Shown: piece by piece, positions 14,813 to 31,476 of the stretch
How positions within the stretch are numbered: the first letter of the stretch is position 1
How the letters are laid out: each line of letters starts with the position of its first letter
Assembly (NCBI RefSeq): GCF_009914755.1
Contig: NC_060938.1
Source of the DNA: the human T2T-CHM13v2.0 reference genome, Homo sapiens
Direction: 5' to 3' (one strand)
Length of the DNA stretch: 64,000 nucleotides
Notes under the pieces: model-generated
What the model was told of the DNA's origin: nothing
The model's database searches: none
What the model saw: the letters and a program-made list of their open reading frames with translations, nothing else
Translations under genes and position numbers: made by a program

Positions 14813-17129
14813 TTCCCCCTCTGAAGACATACATTTAACTGCCGTTAAAATAAGGATAAGGATGAATACCAATCTTAACTGCTTCCTGCTGGTAAGGGGC
14901 ACTGTTTTGGTAAACAGCAGTCACATCTCCTTCAGAGGCCTATCTAAGGGTCCCCAACAAAAGGGACCATCGGCCAAGCCTCCAGTTGCATGACCGTTTG
15001 GAGGTTGATGGCCTGAAGGTGACAAGAGAGAAACCAGGTTATTAGAAAACTTGTATCAAAATGAAACAAGGGGCAGGTGAGGACAGCTCAAAAATCTCGT
15101 GTCCTTTGACCAGTCTGTACAGGGAGAAGGGGGACCAAAAGCTTGACCGGTAAGAAAAACTTTTACCCTTTTGCTAGCATTTCAGACTTCTGGGTTCCTG
15201 TCCCCTGAGCTCAATCCTAAGCCAATCAGTTTAAGGTTTGGGAAATTAACTCTTCTCAGTTTGGAAGATGTATCCAAAGGGAGTGTCCCATAGTATGGAG
15301 ACACAGTTACCTATCTGTGAAGAGAGGACAGGGAAGGAAAAAGGAAAAAAAAAAAAGAAGGCGTTTTGTTGTTGTTTTTTTTCAGAGGAGTCCCAGTGGT
15401 TCAGGATGCAATTGAAAGGGATACAGACTGAAGATTAATGACTACTCATGTAGAAAGAGGGGAGCAGGTGTCCCTGGTTCCTTTTTCTTCCTAGCATATA
15501 CCCGAGGTATGTGAGGGAGGGAAAGTGAGGTGTTCCTCTTTCTTTCCTCCATCCTTGTATCCCAGTGACTGCAACAGGGTGCCACCCATAGGTTTTAAAG
15601 TGGCTTTCACCCATGTTAACAGGGGGAGCTAAGGGGTGGGAGGTATCAGCTTTTAACCACATATGCCCTATCTCCACTGCTGTCAGTAGCCTTGAATTCC
15701 CCAGACCCCATTTATGCGATGGATACTAGCATAACCTTTATTCATGAAACAAGAAGCTTGGCTTAACTGGCAGGAATCAGTCATGCTCACCTGCATTGTG
15801 CCTTTTAACTTCCATTACCGTCTGCCTCTGGATTCCTCAGATCTAGTGTTCTTTCCTAGGGCGTTGACCCATAGCTTGGAGTTGAGTTTGAGACAAAAAT
15901 GTGTCTTGGGGTGGGGAGGAGTTGCATGGACTCCTTATCATAAGCTGAATGCTAAGGTGAAGCTGTGGAATTGAGTCCTCCTCCAACAAGGGAGAGAAAA
16001 GGATGTCTCATGACATGCCCAAATAACTGTTGGCTATATTCATGCTTGCTAAGATTTGGGTGCATGGTGCTTGGCTTTGGTTAGCTCCCTTGGTCTTACT
16101 TTCCCAAAAAGGAAACCTGGATGGGCATCCTATTTATTGCCATCACCTGGCAGGATTTGCAGGTTAATTGCTCAGAACTAGAATATTGATCCAGATTTCT
16201 ACATCACCTGTCCCTTTTGTTCTTTCTGAGCTACAGCTGGAGATTGCTGGAACATGCAGGGTTAGTCTAAAATGTAGGTTACAACTTAAAAACAACTAGG
16301 AGTTTAGAATGTAATGACAAATGTATAAATTGTGAAACATAATTTCTCTCTCTCCAGTCCTTATTTTCATTAAAAAAAAAATCATGATAGGACTGAGTTG
16401 TTTGCAAAATAGACTTAGTCTTATATTTAGCCTGATTATTTGCATAAAGTACAGCAAGAATAACTATTTGTAAATAGGCCTTTTAGACTGGCTTTGATGG
16501 AACTCTATTCCACAAGGAATCTCAGATAAGACCTTTTAAAGTGAAGCCCAGCCATGGGTTTGTAGCCTCAAATACCTGTGAGTTAGGTGATCCTCTCCTC
16601 TTAAGGTCCCAGGATAAACTTGGAGATCCTGGGCCTGTTAGAAAGAGACATTCTTTACTGACCACAGATCAGGAACCCTATACAGGGACTGGGTAGACAA
16701 GGGTATGAGGCCAGTTTTCTCAATTGGCTTTTATGAGCTCTGCAAGTCAAGCTTGACTCCTGAAAGGGAAACACACCCTTCCAGTCAAAGCCTTGGTAAA
16801 AAAAAAAAAAACTTGTTTCTCCAATTGCATCCTGTTGCAAAAGAAAATGGACTTTTATTGCACTGATCCAAACAACTATATTGCCAGAAGTTAAGAATAC
16901 TCACAGATACTTTCCAAATTCTAGAGAAACCAGGCAGAGAGAAACACACGTTCTCCAAATTTTGTTCACAGTATACCTTACTTGATTATTAAGGGCTGTA
17001 AATAGTTCAAAATCAGTTTCCATGAATCTGAAAAATAAAACAAGGATCAGCAATATTCCAAAAAACTCAAAAAGATTGCTTCAGTTTTCTGCATTTAGTC
17101 CATTTAGTTAAGTCTTTGTGTTGTTGTTT

Positions 17130-17450
<321 letters not shown>

Positions 17451-20179
17451 TAATATTGATGAACATTTTATTTCTTTATGAGTCCTGTACGTTTTTCCTT
17501 TATTCCAATGTCACTATCTCCAAAGTTATTAGAAACCTGCATTTGAGAGCACCTGTTAGAGTCCTATAGGTGATTATAAACCATCTTTTGAAAAGGATCA
17601 AAACAAAACAAAAATTGTCTGAATAACAAAATGTCCAGGGTAGTTACAGTTAGAATCACCATTGACAGAGAAGTTTGGTTATCTTTGTGGTTTATAATAA
17701 CTTGACATAACAACCTTAATTATGATTGATAGCATATACTTTAGACATTAGAATTTTTGAAATTTCCTACAATTTTGGGACATATATTAGTATTATTCCC
17801 CAAAATATATCCTAAAGTAGATTAAACACCGTTTGGCAATCCCATGTAACTAAATATGCCAAATAATCCTGTTTACTTCTTTTCTAGATGCCCCAGGGGA
17901 CCTCTGTAGCACTCAAAAAGCCAGGTATCAGGAAAAACAATTTTGAAACTGAAGTTTGATTTTGGGAAGCCTATTAAATATATTAGAGGTTTAAAACAAC
18001 TATTGTTATGAAATAGAATTCCAGATTACCATGAATTATTTATTTTGCCAAAATGATGACTCAGATACTTTAAAAAAGCAAAAACTTATTATGACCCTTT
18101 ACAAATTTTGCAAAAGAGCAGATTAGTGCCTTAAGAGTATCTTGTGCTTTCATTTCAATGCTCAGTTCACTGAAAAACCATATAATACCTTTTTGAATTT
18201 AGTCAATATGTTTACACATGGAATTTTTTTCAAGATTTTTACAGTCCTTCTACCACTTGTTTGAACTTTGAGCTTTATTTTATCTAATTCAAAACAACCC
18301 TTTAACACTAGGCAAGAATTTACATTTTTATGCCTTTTTTATAATCTTTTACTAAAAACACATCTTATTAGTCTTACATGCCTCACATGTAAATTTATTT
18401 CCAGTAGTTTGAGTTATATGTTATAATGGTAACTCCTTGAAATTTTTTACTTTAATGTAAAACCTGATAAGTTGTTTTCATTATGTGCTAGGTGCTGCCA
18501 AGGCTTAACTCCTTCCAGCTTAATTAAAGATGCGGTTAGTACTACATGTCCCTAGCCTTACCATTTATGGAGCAGGCAAGTCAAATAGTTCTTTAAACCC
18601 AAAAAGCAGTTTATAAACTTAAAACATTTAGCAAACCTAGCACCTGACCTGCATAGTTTAGTCCACCTGTTTATATTTTAATGACATCTGCTTTTTACCA
18701 ATATTCTTTAAGGGTTGTTTTTATTTCTCAAAGATTAAAGTCACATGAACTGAAAGGCACCACAACTTTTATCATCCCTTTAAAAATTTTTTTGATCCAA
18801 GCACTTATCTTCCTTTAAGCCAGTTAATTAGAGCTCTTTTTATAGGCATCACACACACAACACATATATAACTAAACAGACAGGCAAAAGAAAACCCAGT
18901 CACCATAAGATCTTTTGCTTACCAATCTCCTAATTGGATTATTGGATATAGCCCTTTAAGAGACAGGGCTAGGAAAACATGCAGCTTCTAAAACCTAATA
19001 AACAGGCATAGATGGGGCAAAAACAGATTTTCAGAGGGATCTATCCACTTTTAATTCTTGGGGTTCCATGAAGAAAATAGAGGTCTTTCCCCTTCATGTG
19101 TGCATTGAGGGTGGCAAGACAAACGGAGAAAAATAATTCAGTCAACTGAGAAAAAAACCCTTTTTCCAGAAAAACAAGATCCAAGAAAAGAAAAACATAA
19201 AGGCCATTTAAATATACCTATAATTTGAATATCCACTTTTAATTAAGCCGAGCACTCTTTTTAAGAATTTCCTTTTAACTCCCTTACTACCCGACTTTAG
19301 CGATGCCAAGTGGCCAATATTTCTGGCTTTCAAACTTTACTAAAGACTCAGAGAAAGGAAAATCCAAGGCGGTTCATGGAGGGGAAGAGAATCAATAATT
19401 AGCAAAGGTCACACAAATATCAAACTGGAAAGGACTCATTGAATCCCAGGCCACCATTGTAAAATGGCAGAGGCTAGAACAAAACATTGCCACATGGTTA
19501 CAGGCTTTGCTCCCAAGGACATAAAACAAGATGGAGGCCTGCAGCAAAGTTTGCTACTGACCATATGGAAAGTCATGCAAATCACACCAGATTGGTTACA
19601 GCTTAAGGCCAAAATAACAAATCCTTTTTCACAAGTAAAACTCTACAGAGAATATAAACAGTGATCCCCATTATTCCTGGTCCAGCAAAATCTCTTCCAA
19701 AAGGAAAAAAAGAAAAACAAACCCTCACTTAAAAATAAATTCCTGACCCTGTGGAGAAAAGGAAAAGACAGCTTAAATGCAGGGCTGTATTAACTGCTAA
19801 TAGGGTGGAGAAAAGAAAAAGATGCCTGGGGAAGAACTTCGTATTCTTATGCAAATAAGTTCTTCCACCAGTGAGAAAAACTTAATCACTTTCCCACAGA
19901 GTGAAACCCCTTTCCCTGGGGAGGGGAAGGCTCCACAGATGCAATGCAGAGAGCATTGGCCAGCCTGCCATTAGGCACCCTTGGGCCATGCATCCCAGCC
20001 CTGGCAGGGAGAGGAGTGCAGGAGCTGCCATTCTGTGGTCCATCTTGCGCATGCCTGCAGCTGTTGGGATGAGGTGGTGCACAGTTTCCTCTACCCTCCA
20101 AAGAGGTCTGAGGAGAAAGAGACATAGAAGTGAAAGGAAAAAAGATTTTTAGACTTGCTTGGTACTTACCTTTTCTCAA

Positions 20180-20197
20180 GCCCCATGTTGGGCGCCA
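20180..20197 (-). promoter_or_regulatory. Retroviral primer-binding site, tRNA-Lys(CUU)
   Basis: Minus strand reads TGGCGCCCAACATGGGGC, a 17/18 match to TGGCGCCCAACGTGGGGC, 4 nt from the 5' LTR. Confidence 0.85.
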
Positions 20198-20201
20198 AAA
20201 A

Positions 20202-20534
20202 TGTTGTAGAAAAAAAACACGTTCTTGTTACACAACAGGGATAATTTAGTTGCATGGACACATTATAGGATGAGTAGAACGGGATTTATTGTGTGAAAAA
20301 AAAAGGGAAACAGGAAACCTCAGCAAAGTGAGAGAGATTCCTGCTAGCAGGTTTCCCGCCTCACAGATTGAATTGCAGGCCACCACACATGCGAGCTGAA
20401 GAGCCCAGGCTCCTCCCCACTGCAAATGGTGCGAACTTCTAAACTTCCCATAGCTCCACCCCATCCTCCCAGTGTGCAGGCCAGTTGGAGATTCTCCAGG
20501 GAACCTCCACCTTATCTACCTCCTGCATCTATCA
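20202..20534 (-). repeat. 5' LTR of the ERV
   Basis: tgttgtagaaaaaaaacacg...cctcctgcatctatca, homologous to 14480-14812. Confidence 0.9.
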
Positions 20535-20770
20535 GTATGAGGATACAAAGGCATAAGAATTATACAGTGGACTTTGGGGACTGGGGGAAGAAAGTGTGGG
20601 AGGGGGTTGAGTGATAAAAGACTACACACTGTGTACAATGTACACTGCTCAGGTGATGGGTACACCGGAATCTCAGAAATCACTACTAAAGAAAGTATTC
20701 ATGTAATCAAACACCACCTGCTTCCCCCAAAAAACCTATTGAAATTAAAAATAAATAAATAAAAACAAAA
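20535..20770 (+). mobile_element. 5'-truncated L1PB-like 3' end with A tail
   Basis: tatgaggatacaaaggcataagaat...ggactttggggact...gataaaagactaca...cactactaaagaa, followed by an A-rich tail. Confidence 0.85.
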
Positions 20771-21521
20771 GTGAGCAAAAGATTCGAATAGACATTTCTC
20801 AAAGAAGATTTGTAAACGGCAAATCTTGAATACCACAGTTTTAAAAAGGTAAAAGAAAGCAGTGTGGACAGGGAGAGCATTAACAGTTCTCTGGGGACTT
20901 TATACAAAGCATACAATTTTTAATATGTTTACATTAATAAAATTTTCCCTATAGACATATAACCTAGGGAAGACTGGGCTTCTCTTTTGATATTGTAACT
21001 CTTTATCTGTGCTTAAAGAACAAACTTTTGTGATTTCTATTGGCTTTCTGGGAAATGTCAAAGATAGTTTTATTTCTTTTTCTTTTTTTCTGGGCCTGTG
21101 GACTTTGTAGATAAGTACAAAATAGTTTTACATTCCCTGAAATTTTTTTTTAATTTATTTTATGTTTGGGATCAAATTTTGAGTTATCAGAGGAAACTTA
21201 GACATGTAATTTAAATAGGACCATGGATACTTGAGAAATAATTTTTGATTGTCTAATCAAAATGATAATGAAATATTTTTTTTAAAAGCATGAAAGGTAA
21301 TACAGTTGTTAAGAAGTGAGGAACTTTTGTTCTTTGGGGTTTTTTCCTTAAATACCCAAATACGTAATAAAGTTAACATATAGGAGAGAAAATTAATCTG
21401 GTAAGACACAGAATCTCTGCTATCTAGGCAGATGATGTAGATCCTAGGTAAAGGCATTAATCACCAAACCAGCCAAGAAAGCCATCAAAATTAAGTGAAC
21501 TTTGTTGATATGTTAACACAT

Positions 21522-21816
21522 TTATTTTTTCTTTTTTTGACACAGAGTCTCACTCTTTTTGCCCAGGCTGGAGTGCAGGACACAATCTCGGCTCGCTGCA
21601 AACTCCACCTCCGGGGTTCAAGTGATTCTCCTGCCTCAGCCTCCTGAGTAGCTGGGATTACAAGCACGCACTACCACACCTGGCAGATTTTTGTATTATT
21701 AGTAGAGACGGGGTTTCATATGTTGGCCAGGCTGGTCTCGAACTCCTGACCTCATGATCTGACCACCTGGGCCTCCCAAAGTGCTCGGATTACAGACGTG
21801 AGCCACTGTGCCCAGC
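21522..21816 (-). mobile_element. AluS (Sg-like)
   Basis: Reverse Alu, ctcctgacctcatgatc. Confidence 0.93.
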
Positions 21817-21989
21817 TGAGAAAATATATTCTTAAGTGAACCAGTTTTATAAGTATATTATAACTGTTAGTATTTTCATAGATAAAAAACTAGTCTGCTA
21901 CTCTAAATGCCATTTTAAGAAATCCTGTGAGACTTATTGGTGACTCTTCTAGATTCACTTGGCATTATAAATTCCCAGGGAACAACTTG

Positions 21990-22665
21990 GTCTAATCAAC
22001 TATCATCTATCATCTTTCACCTTAATTATTTCAGTGGCTGGTCTCATCATTTCCACCCTTGCCTCCCTTCAATTCAGTCTTCAACCCATAGCCAGAGTCG
22101 ACTTTTTAAAATAAAGTAAATAATGTCACTTCTCTACTTGAACCCTTCAATGGATTCTTATCACATTCATTGTTACCAAAACTCCTTGACATGTTCTGCT
22201 AAATTCTGTATAATCTGGCTCCTCCCTGATTTCTAGGCTCTTCTCTTACCATTTCTCTCTTGTGCTTTATTGCTTACTAAGCTCCATATAGCTTTTTCTT
22301 TCCTCAGGGAATTTGCTGTCCCCATTACTTAAAATGTTCTTAAACCTACTCTTTACCTGGCTAACTCCTGTGCATTCTTTCTGTTCTGGTTTATCTCTTT
22401 CTCACAGAAGGAATTCTGTGATCCACACTGCCCACCTAAATTATGCCTGCAGTTATTCTCTATCATTGCACCTTGTTATTTTCCTTTATAGCACTTATAG
22501 TTACAATTATATACTTATTCATGTGTTTACTTAATTTATCTCTAGAACTGTAGGTGGGAAGATCCATGAGGACATGAGTCACATCTCTTTTATTCATATG
22601 GTCTATCCAGCACCTAGCACAGGTTGGCACATAGTATGGACTATATAAATTTTGGTAAATATATC
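21990..22665 (+). mobile_element. L2 3' fragment
   Basis: Ends tatccagcacctagcacaggttggcacatagtatggactatataaat, typical of an L2 3' end; pyrimidine-rich body. Confidence 0.7.
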
Positions 22666-22790
22666 CCATGAAAACATATGATGCATCATTCGTCTTGATG
22701 GAATCAATGTCTATTAATTAAATTCTTAAGACTGACATTTTAAAAAGGGATATATTTCGCCATACCCATGATGTATAAGAATTGTTCCAT

Positions 22791-23084
22791 GGCCAGGCAC
22801 AGTGGCTTACACCTGTAATCTCAGCCACTCGGGAGGCTGAGGTGGAGGGATTGCTTGAGGCCAAGAGTTCAAGACCAGCCTGGGCAACATAGTGAAACCC
22901 TGTCTCTACAAAAAGTAAATTTAGCTGGATGTGGTGGTGTGCACCTGTTGTCCTAGCTATTTGGGAGGCTGAGGTGGGAGAATTGTGTGAGCCCAGGAGT
23001 TTGAGACTACAGTGAGCTGTGATCACACCAATGGATCTCCAATCTGGATGACAGAGCAAGGCCTATCTCACAGAAAGGAAAAAA
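22791..23084 (+). mobile_element. AluJ
   Basis: Full Alu with gattgcttgaggccaagag. Confidence 0.93.
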
Positions 23085-23924
23085 GAAACTTTCATGAAAT
23101 AGACAAGTAGTCACCATATTCTGTTCCTATATTAAGTAAATATATTAAATGAATATAATAATGATAATAGAGAATCATTTTTGAATGCTAACCATAAAAC
23201 ATTCTTCTATGCATTTTATAAGTGCCATAAGAAATTAATACTGGCATGCAGATTTCAGCAAGAGTATACCTTTTTGTTTTCCTAAAAGGCAATTACACGG
23301 GAAACCAAATAATAATAAGGATGGATTACTACCATTGAGAGCAACAAAAATTCTGAAATTTTTAAAGCAATGAGAGAATAACTTTAGTAAGTATAAATAT
23401 TCCTTGTAAAAAAAAACAAGCTTATATGAATATTTAAATTTTTAAGTTTATAAAAAAGATCTCTTGATAGTCATACTTCATATGTTTGCCATCTAAGTGG
23501 TTTTTCATTATAAATATGAATCATGAATTTTTGTAGATTTTTGTATTATGAATTTTTATCTAAATTTAGGTATTCACATTTTTTGTTAAATTTCATTTTG
23601 TTGGATTCAGCCCATCAGTCTACTAAGAGGTCTTTTTAAAATTTATATCAGCTGTCTAGTATATTACTTGTCTTTTGTAGTTTCTGTCACCAGCAAATAT
23701 GTTAAGCATGCTTTCATTCAAGTCACTGATAAAACTTTTTTTTAGGCTAGGCCATTTCACATACTACCAGAAACCCTGCTGGTTGTAATTGCTTAACTAG
23801 CATATTTCTATTTCAACACATCAAAACCTACAGACCTACTTTCTCTATCGACAAGGCATTTATGCGTGACTTATCAAATACCTTAATGAACTCAAGATAC
23901 ATTGCATTGACAAGTTTTGGGAGG

Positions 23925-24058
23925 TTGTTTGTTTGTTTAGATGGGGTCTCACTCTATTGCTCAGGCAGGAGTGCAACAGCACAGTCACTGTATCCTCCAC
24001 CTCCTGGGCTCAAGCAATCCTCCCGCCTCAGCCTCCTAAGTAGCTGGGAGCACAGGGA
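23925..24058 (-). mobile_element. Alu monomer/right-arm fragment (J-type)
   Basis: ctcctgggctcaagcaatcctcccgcctcagcctcc. Confidence 0.85.
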
Positions 24059-24187
24059 CAGTTTTTTCTTTAATAAAACTTTGTAACATTTAATTATAAC
24101 CTCTGAAGGATCAGTATTAGAAGCTCTGAGAAGACATGTGATATATATTTTCTGATATAACCCATTTAGGTATTATATGTAATCAAT

Positions 24188-24513
24188 CTTTTTTGTTCTT
24201 GTTTTTGTTTTTCTTTCTAAGACAGAGTTTTTCTCTCTGGCTCAGGCTGGAGTGCAGTGGCACAATCTCACCTCACGCAACTTTCACCTCCTGGGTTCAA
24301 GCGATTCTCTTGCCTCAGCCTCCCAAGTAGTTGGGATTACAGGCACATGCAATCACACGCAGCTGATTTTTGTATTTTTAGTAGAGACAGGGTCTCACCA
24401 TGTTAGCCAGGCTGGTCTCGAACTGGCTGGTCTCAAACTCCTGACCTCATGATCTGCCTGCCTTGACCTCCCAAAGTACTGGGATTATAGGTATGAGTCA
24501 CTGCACCCAGCCT
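24188..24513 (-). mobile_element. AluS with small internal duplication
   Basis: Reverse Alu containing ggctggtctcgaact-ggctggtctcaaact; TSD tgtaatcaatc. Confidence 0.93.
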
Positions 24514-26019
24514 GTAATCAATCATTATTGTTAGTTCAGGTGCTGTATCACACACCTGGATCTCAAATAGGATTTATAGAAAATGCAGCCTACCTTAATG
24601 ATCTCTAAAAAGAGAAGTTGGAAAGAAAGGGTGCACATTTTGGACTTGGCCACCAAGCTGGTCAAGGGATCCAAAAACCTCCACCATAGAGACTGATAAA
24701 TTGTAGCTATTGAAGCTGTACTTCTTTGTACATAGGTGCTTTGGGAGACTCACTCTGATTATTGTAAATTTGCTCACTAGCTACCCAACATTAAATTCAA
24801 ATAACAGAGAATTTCTATTGTACAGCCTTGCAACTTTGCTTTAAGTTTAAACTTTTCTTTAAAATAAAATTTTAAGTGGCAAAAATAATTATTAGAAGAG
24901 AAAATGTGTGCTCATTTTTGAATATTCTTGGCATCAAATATAAATTTGTATGTTTACTTTATTGGCATTCATACTGCCATTTCAAAGGACTGCAGCATTC
25001 AAAAGGGGAAACAATATTTTGACTGTGTATTCTGATTTTTATAATGTAACTCTCCATTTCTTCTTTTAAAAGTGCCTGCCCAACCAGTGAAATTAGCTTT
25101 AGGACAGGAAAAAAAAAAAAAAAAAAAAAAAAAAGCATAGATAAAGAATCAGCACAGTTCCTAGGAAAATTATGTGTTCCCATTACAGTTTTCCTTAATG
25201 AGGAAAATTCTGTTATTTAATAATTCACAGTCAAAATTACATTGCATATCTAAAGAAAGTTTGAGATTATCTGGGACAAATTGTTTCCTCCATGCTATGA
25301 GTTGCATAAGATAGTAGAAATAGATTACTTCTCTAAAAGTAGGAATGTTATTTCTTTTGTGATTTGGCATTTTTCCTTCTCATTTGTTCTGATTTAACTC
25401 ACTACAAATTCTACTTGCTCAAGGTAGATCCTCACTACTCCATGGCAAGCCTTTGGTTCATCTCTCTTACTGACAACCTTATATACATTGCCAAATTGCA
25501 ATTTTCAGACCTTTGCTCTTGACTCAATTTCCCCTATTTTCTCCTCTTCTTATTATATTAAAGGCCATCAGAGCTAAATTATTTGTTCTTTCTATTTAAA
25601 ACAATTTTCCTGAATTAATACTTTGCTCTATTCCTTCTATCTCAAAGAACTGCTTGTAATTCTCAGTTAGTGGCTGCTTCTACTTCCTTATTATTAGATA
25701 TCATCTATGTACGAGACACTGTATTCATTCCTTGTTTCTCCCTAGTTGTTGAGTATGTTGGCCACTTATTTTCTGAAACAGTCCCCCACCATGTTTTCAT
25801 TACTGAAATGTTTTAATTAGGCAAGAACACATGAGCACACACTCACTAAAAAAAGAAAATGAAACATAGATAAGATTAATATCCTTTTTGAACCACCCTC
25901 TCATTCATTTTTATTTACCCTCACACTCCCCCAAAAGTAAACATTTTTATCATTTTGAAGGGTATCCTTCAAAAGTTTTCTGTACTTTTCTGTAAAAACA
26001 TAGGAAATAAAATCCTAAG

Positions 26020-26306
<287 letters not shown>

Positions 26307-26353
26307 ACAGTTTTTAAGTGGTGTGCGTGTGTTTAATTAAGAAAGGGATAAAG

Positions 26354-27120
<767 letters not shown>

Positions 27121-27769
27121 ATTTCTTTTTTAATTGAATTGAAGTAAAATTCACATAACATAAAATTCACCATTCTAATCATTTTAAAGTGTGTGATTCA
27201 GTGACTTTTACTACATTCACAGTGTTGTACAACTATTTTATCCAATTCCAGAAAATTTTATCACCACCGCTCCCAAAAAAACACCTTACTCATTAAACAG
27301 TCTATTCTCCATTCCCTCTGCCCCCAGCCCCTGACAACCATTAATTGGCTGTCTCTGTAGGTTTACTTATTTTGGACATAACATATAAATGCAATCATAC
27401 AATATGTAACTCTTTATGTCTAGCTTCTATCACTAAATAAACAACATTTTCAAGGTTATCCATGTTGTAGCATGTATCAGTACTCCTTTTTATGGCTGCA
27501 CAATATTCCATTGTAAGGTATACTGCATTTAGTTTATCCATTTATTAGCTGATGGTCATTTGGGTTGTGTGTACTTTTTGATTATTAAAATAATGGTGTT
27601 ATGCACATTCATGTATGTTTTTATTTGAACACCTGTTTTCAGTTCTCTTGAATATACACCTAGGAGTGGAATTTGTTGTAATATGATAATTCTATGTTAA
27701 CTTTTAAGGAAGTGCCAAACTATTATCCATAGAGCTGCATCATTTTACATACCCAACAGCAATGTATGA

Positions 27770-28109
<340 letters not shown>

Positions 28110-28866
28110 TTCTTTTTTTCTTAATTCTTATCATCTGAATGGGTGTGAAATGGCATCTCATTGTGGTTTTGATTTGCATTTCCCTAATGACTAAGGATGC
28201 TGAACATCTCTTCATATACTTGTTGATGATTTGTGTAGCTTCTTTGGAAAAATGTTTATTCACACCTTTTGCCCATTTTCAAGCGGGTTGTTGGTCTTTT
28301 TATTATTCAGTTGTTAGAGTTCTTTACATATTATCTGGATGCTGGACTCTATCAGAGATATGATTTGCAAATATTTCCTCCCTTTCTGTATTTTGTCTTT
28401 TCACTGTCTTGATAATGTCCTTTGCACAAAAGTTTTTAAGTTTAATGAAGTCCAGTTAATCTAATTTTTCTGTTGTTGCTTGTACTTTTGGTGTCATATC
28501 TAAAAATCCATCACCAAAGTCGTGAAGATTTACCTTTATGTTTTCTTCTTAGAATTTGATAGTTGAGCTCTTATAATACAATTAGGTATTTGATCCATTT
28601 TGACTTAATTTTTGTGTATGGTGTAAGGCAAGGCTTCAACTTCATTCTTTTGCATATGGATATGCAGTTGTTCTAGCATAATTTATTGAAAGAATGTCCT
28701 TTCCAGTTAATTGCCTTGGCACTCTTGTCTCAAATCAATTAAGTATAAAGTTAGGAGTGCTTATTTCTGGACCCTCAATTCTATTCCATTAACCTATGTT
28801 TGCCTTATCCCAGTACCACACTGTTTTGATTACATAGCTTTGAAGTAAGTTTAGAAAGCAGGAATT

Positions 28867-29168
<302 letters not shown>

Positions 29169-30659
29169 GAAGAAAGCAGGAATTATGAATCCTCTAACTT
29201 TCTTTGTCTTTTTCAAGATTGTTTTAGCTATTAGGTTCCTTGAGATTCCATATGAATTTCAGGATAGGTTTTTCTGTTTCTGCAAAACACACCAGTGGGA
29301 TTTGACAGTGATTGCATTGAATCTGTAGATAGCTTTGGGCAGTATTACCATCTTAACAATATTAAGTATTGCATTCCATTAACACATATGTCTTTCTATT
29401 TATTTGCCTTTAATTTCTTTCAGCAATGTTTTGTAATTTTTGATATACAGGTTTTATAATTTCTTGGTTAAATTTACTCTGCATATTTTATTCTCTTTGA
29501 TGCTATTGTAAATGGACTTGTTTTCTTAATTTTATTTTTGAACATTTCAGTATTGGTATATAGAAATACAACTGATTTTTGTGTGTTCTTCATGTATTCT
29601 ACAACTTCGCTAAATTTGTTTATTAGCTCTACTTGTTCTTTTTGTGGATGTTTCAGGAATATGTATATATATAAAACCATGTCATCTGTGAATATAGTTC
29701 TACGTCCTTTCCAATTTGAAGCCTTTTATTTCTATTTCTTGCCGAATTTCCCTGGCTAGAACTTTGAGTACAATGTTAAGTAGAATTGGCCTGAGTAGAC
29801 ATCCTTTTTCCTGAATTTAGGGGAAGTTTTCAGTCTCATTATTAAGGAGGATGTTAGCTGTGGGTTTTGTCTAGATGCCTCTATCAAATTCAGGAAGTTG
29901 CCTTATATTCCTAGTTTTCCAAGTGTTTTATCCTGAAAGCATATTGCATCAAATGTTTGTTCTACATTAACGGAGATGATCATTTGTGAAGTTTTTTTCC
30001 CCTTCATTCTGTTAACATGGTGTATTTCACTGACTTCTTATCTTATGGTGAGCCACTCTTACATTTTTGGAATAAATCTCATTTGGTCTTGATGTATAAT
30101 TGTTTTAGTATAATATTTGTTGTTTCCTAGTATTTTGTTAAGGATACTTGCATCTATATTTATAAAGGATATTAGCCTGTAGTTTTTTTGTTCTTATGAT
30201 GTCATTGTCTTTAGTGTCAGGGTAATACTGGCCACTTAAAATGAGCTAGGAAATGTTCCCTCCTCATATTTTGTAGAAGAGTTGGTAAATAATTTTTGTT
30301 AATTCTTCTATAAACATTTAATAGAATTCCCTAGTGAGGCCATCTGGTCCTGGGCTTTTCCTTGTTGAAAGTATTTTTATGTACTGATTCAACCTTTTTA
30401 GTGGTTCTATTCAGATTTTCTATTTCTTCTTGAGTTGGTTTTGGTAGTGTCTGTGTTTCTAAATATTTATCTGTTTTATCTAGGTCATGCAACTTGTTGG
30501 CATACAGTTGTTCCTAGTATTTAATTATTATGAAATAATCATCTGGTAGTCATTTCATTTCGGTAAGCTCAACAGCAATGTTCCTACTTTCATTCCTGAT
30601 TTTAGTAATTTGAATCTTTTTCTCTTTTTGTCAGCCTACTTAAAGATTTGTTCGTTTTG

Positions 30660-31124
30660 TTATTACTTTTATTTTTTTATTATACTTTAAGTTCTAGGGT
30701 ACATGTGCACAACATGCAGGTTTGTTACATATGTATACATGTGCCATGTTGGTGTGCTGCACCCATTAACTCGTCATTTACATTAGGTATATATATCTCC
30801 TAATGCTATCCCTCCCCCCTCCTCCCACCCCACGACAGGCCATGGTATGTGATGTTCCCCTTCCTGTGTCCAAGTGTTCTCATTGTTCAGTTCCCACCTA
30901 TGAGTGAGAACATGCGGTGTTTGGATTTTTGTCCCTGCAATAGTTTGCTGAGAATGATGGTTTCCATCTTCATCCATGTCCCTACAAAGGACATGAACTC
31001 ATCCTTTTTTTATGGCTGCATAGTATTCCATGGTGTATATGTGCCACATTTTCTTAATCCAGTCTATCATTGATGGACATTTGGGTTGGTTCCAAGTCTT
31101 TGCTATTGTGAATAGTGCCACAGT
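30660..31124 (-). mobile_element. 5'-truncated L1PA (about PA4-PA6) 3' end
   Basis: ttattatactttaagttctagggtacatgtgcacaac...gctattgtgaatagtgcc, a primate L1 3'UTR. Confidence 0.93.
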
Positions 31125-31476
31125 AATTTTGTTGATACTTTTAAAGGACCAACTTTGATTTTGTTGATTCTTTCAATGTTTTTGTGTTCTCTATTTCATT
31201 TATCTCCACTATAATTCTTATTATTTTCTTTTGTTTGCTTTGGGTTTAGTTTATACTTTATTTTATAGTTTCTTAGGGTGGAAGATTAGTGTATTGATAT
31301 GAAATCTTTCTTCTTTTTAAAAGTAGATGTTTACAGCTATAAGTTTCCCTCTGAACACTGTTTCTCTGCATCACTTGAATTTTCATATGTTATGTTTTCA
31401 TTTTTATTTGTCTCAAATTATTTTCTTATTTCCTTTATGATTTTCTCTTTCACCATTGGTTATTTAAAAATGTGTT

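Noticed and set aside
25108-25134. Orphan A-run as a processed pseudogene tail
   Set aside because: No recognisable upstream mRNA body or TSD.
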